From a virus: a DNA stretch of 64,000 bases. The stretch covers positions 96,705-160,704 of IMG/VR virus record IMGVR_UViG_3300047564_003843; one strand, given 5' to 3'. A model generated the notes under the pieces. It ran no database searches and had not been told where the DNA came from. It saw nothing but the letters and a program-made list of their open reading frames with translations. Below, one piece after another: positions 63,252 to 64,000 of this stretch. Position numbers and translations under genes: made by a program. Within the stretch, counting starts at the first letter, position 1. Each line of letters opens with the position of its first letter.

Positions 63252-63905
63252 TTATTTATCTGATGGGTATTCAGCGAGAAATGTTCTAAATCTCTCACTA
63301 CCTTGATTATACCCTCTAACCTTCCACGCTGAGAAGTCAGTTCCACCCGCACTCATCTTGTATGCGATGGTTGCGTTAGTTACTGGGTCAAACAAATCAT
63401 CATTGGACTTGAGTTCATACTTGGCTCTACGAGCCTCTCCAAGAGAACCAATCATGTTTATTTGGAATAGTCCGTATGAGTTATCGCCTGTTGAGGCGTT
63501 CCCATTATGTGCTTTTGGACGACCATTGGATTCAGTCATCACGATAGCCCAAGCTGCCTTGAGGGATTGACCTTCAAAACCTACCAACTTCAGTAAGTTC
63601 TTTAGTTCTATCTCAGCTAGAGGGACTTTTCGTTCCTCAAACAGCTCAAGCTGTATCTCGGCTTTCAGATTTTTTACCTCTTGCAGCTTCTTCTCTTCTG
63701 TCGCAGCTCTGTCAATCTTCGCCGCAACTACTTTGAATAGCCGCACTTCTTCATTAACAACAACAACGGGGGCTGCTGCTTCTACTGCATCTACTCGATT
63801 AGTTTCTGCACTTGCTGCCGCGCTCCACACGACTGCTCCTGCTAGCACTGCTGCTATCACACCAAACACTGTGGTTTCGGCATGGCGAAATAAAGGGTTT
63901 CGCAT
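63252..63905 (-). CDS. Secreted lytic transglycosylase (lysozyme-like/SLT)
   Basis: N-terminal signal/TM segment ending ASA; catalytic ES (MTESNG), YGLFQIN, LFDPVTNA, AW; SD AAAGGAG. Confidence 0.85.
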   Translation of the reverse strand: MRNPLFRHAETTVFGVIAAVLAGAVVWSAAASAETNRVDAVEAAAPVVVVNEEVRLFKVVAAKIDRAATEEKKLQEVKNLKAEIQLELFEERKVPLAEIELKNLLKLVGFEGQSLKAAWAIVMTESNGRPKAHNGNASTGDNSYGLFQINMIGSLGEARRAKYELKSNDDLFDPVTNATIAYKMSAGGTDFSAWKVRGYNQGSERFRTFLAEYPSDK

Positions 63906-64000
63906 TTGCTTCTCCTTTGTTAGGGGACATGGGCAGGTTGCTAGTTACTCGCAACCAATGGGCTAGGACGCCCTTCGTTTTGTCTAATGTGTCGTTTCAT

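Noticed and set aside
1-64000. tRNA/rRNA genes, integrase, transposase, large terminase, primase, stop-codon recoding
   Set aside because: None recognised by eye. All three stop codons terminate genes and coding density is high under the standard code. A tRNAscan/HMM run would be needed to exclude them formally.

Overview
This 64 kb window is a gene-dense segment of a tailed dsDNA bacteriophage (siphovirus). The host is most likely a fairly low-GC actinobacterium; this is inferred from two WhiB genes, leaderless genes and an actinophage-type portal/protease/two-capsid head module. Layout: (1) 1-12863 (+), accessory fibre cluster with GPT-collagen proteins, an S8 protease and a CBM-like protein, followed by a methyltransferase, a GT2-TPR glycosyltransferase and a flavin-dependent halogenase. 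(2) 12856-23879 (-), WhiB x2, a GT-B-like protein, SSB, Sak4-like ATPase, Cas4-like exonuclease, SNF2 helicase, RuvC-like resolvase and PolA. (3) 23876-60449 (-), tail and head operon. (4) 60450-61186, non-coding control region with a GTCAA cluster and a CIRCE-like palindrome. (5) 61187-62108 (+), small genes behind two promoters duplicated 700 bp apart. (6) 62214-63905 (-), holin-like, PG-binding and transglycosylase genes. The best candidate for an undescribed system lies between portal and capsid: a 3137-aa multi-enzyme protein (DEDDh exonuclease, Nudix, kinase-like, WYL-like, ART-like). It shares a QxRDxxG[KR]F tag and assemblin-type [VLI]xA[AS] sites with neighbouring head proteins, suggesting a packaged, protease-processed effector cargo. 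All calls come from motif recognition by eye; no database searches were run.
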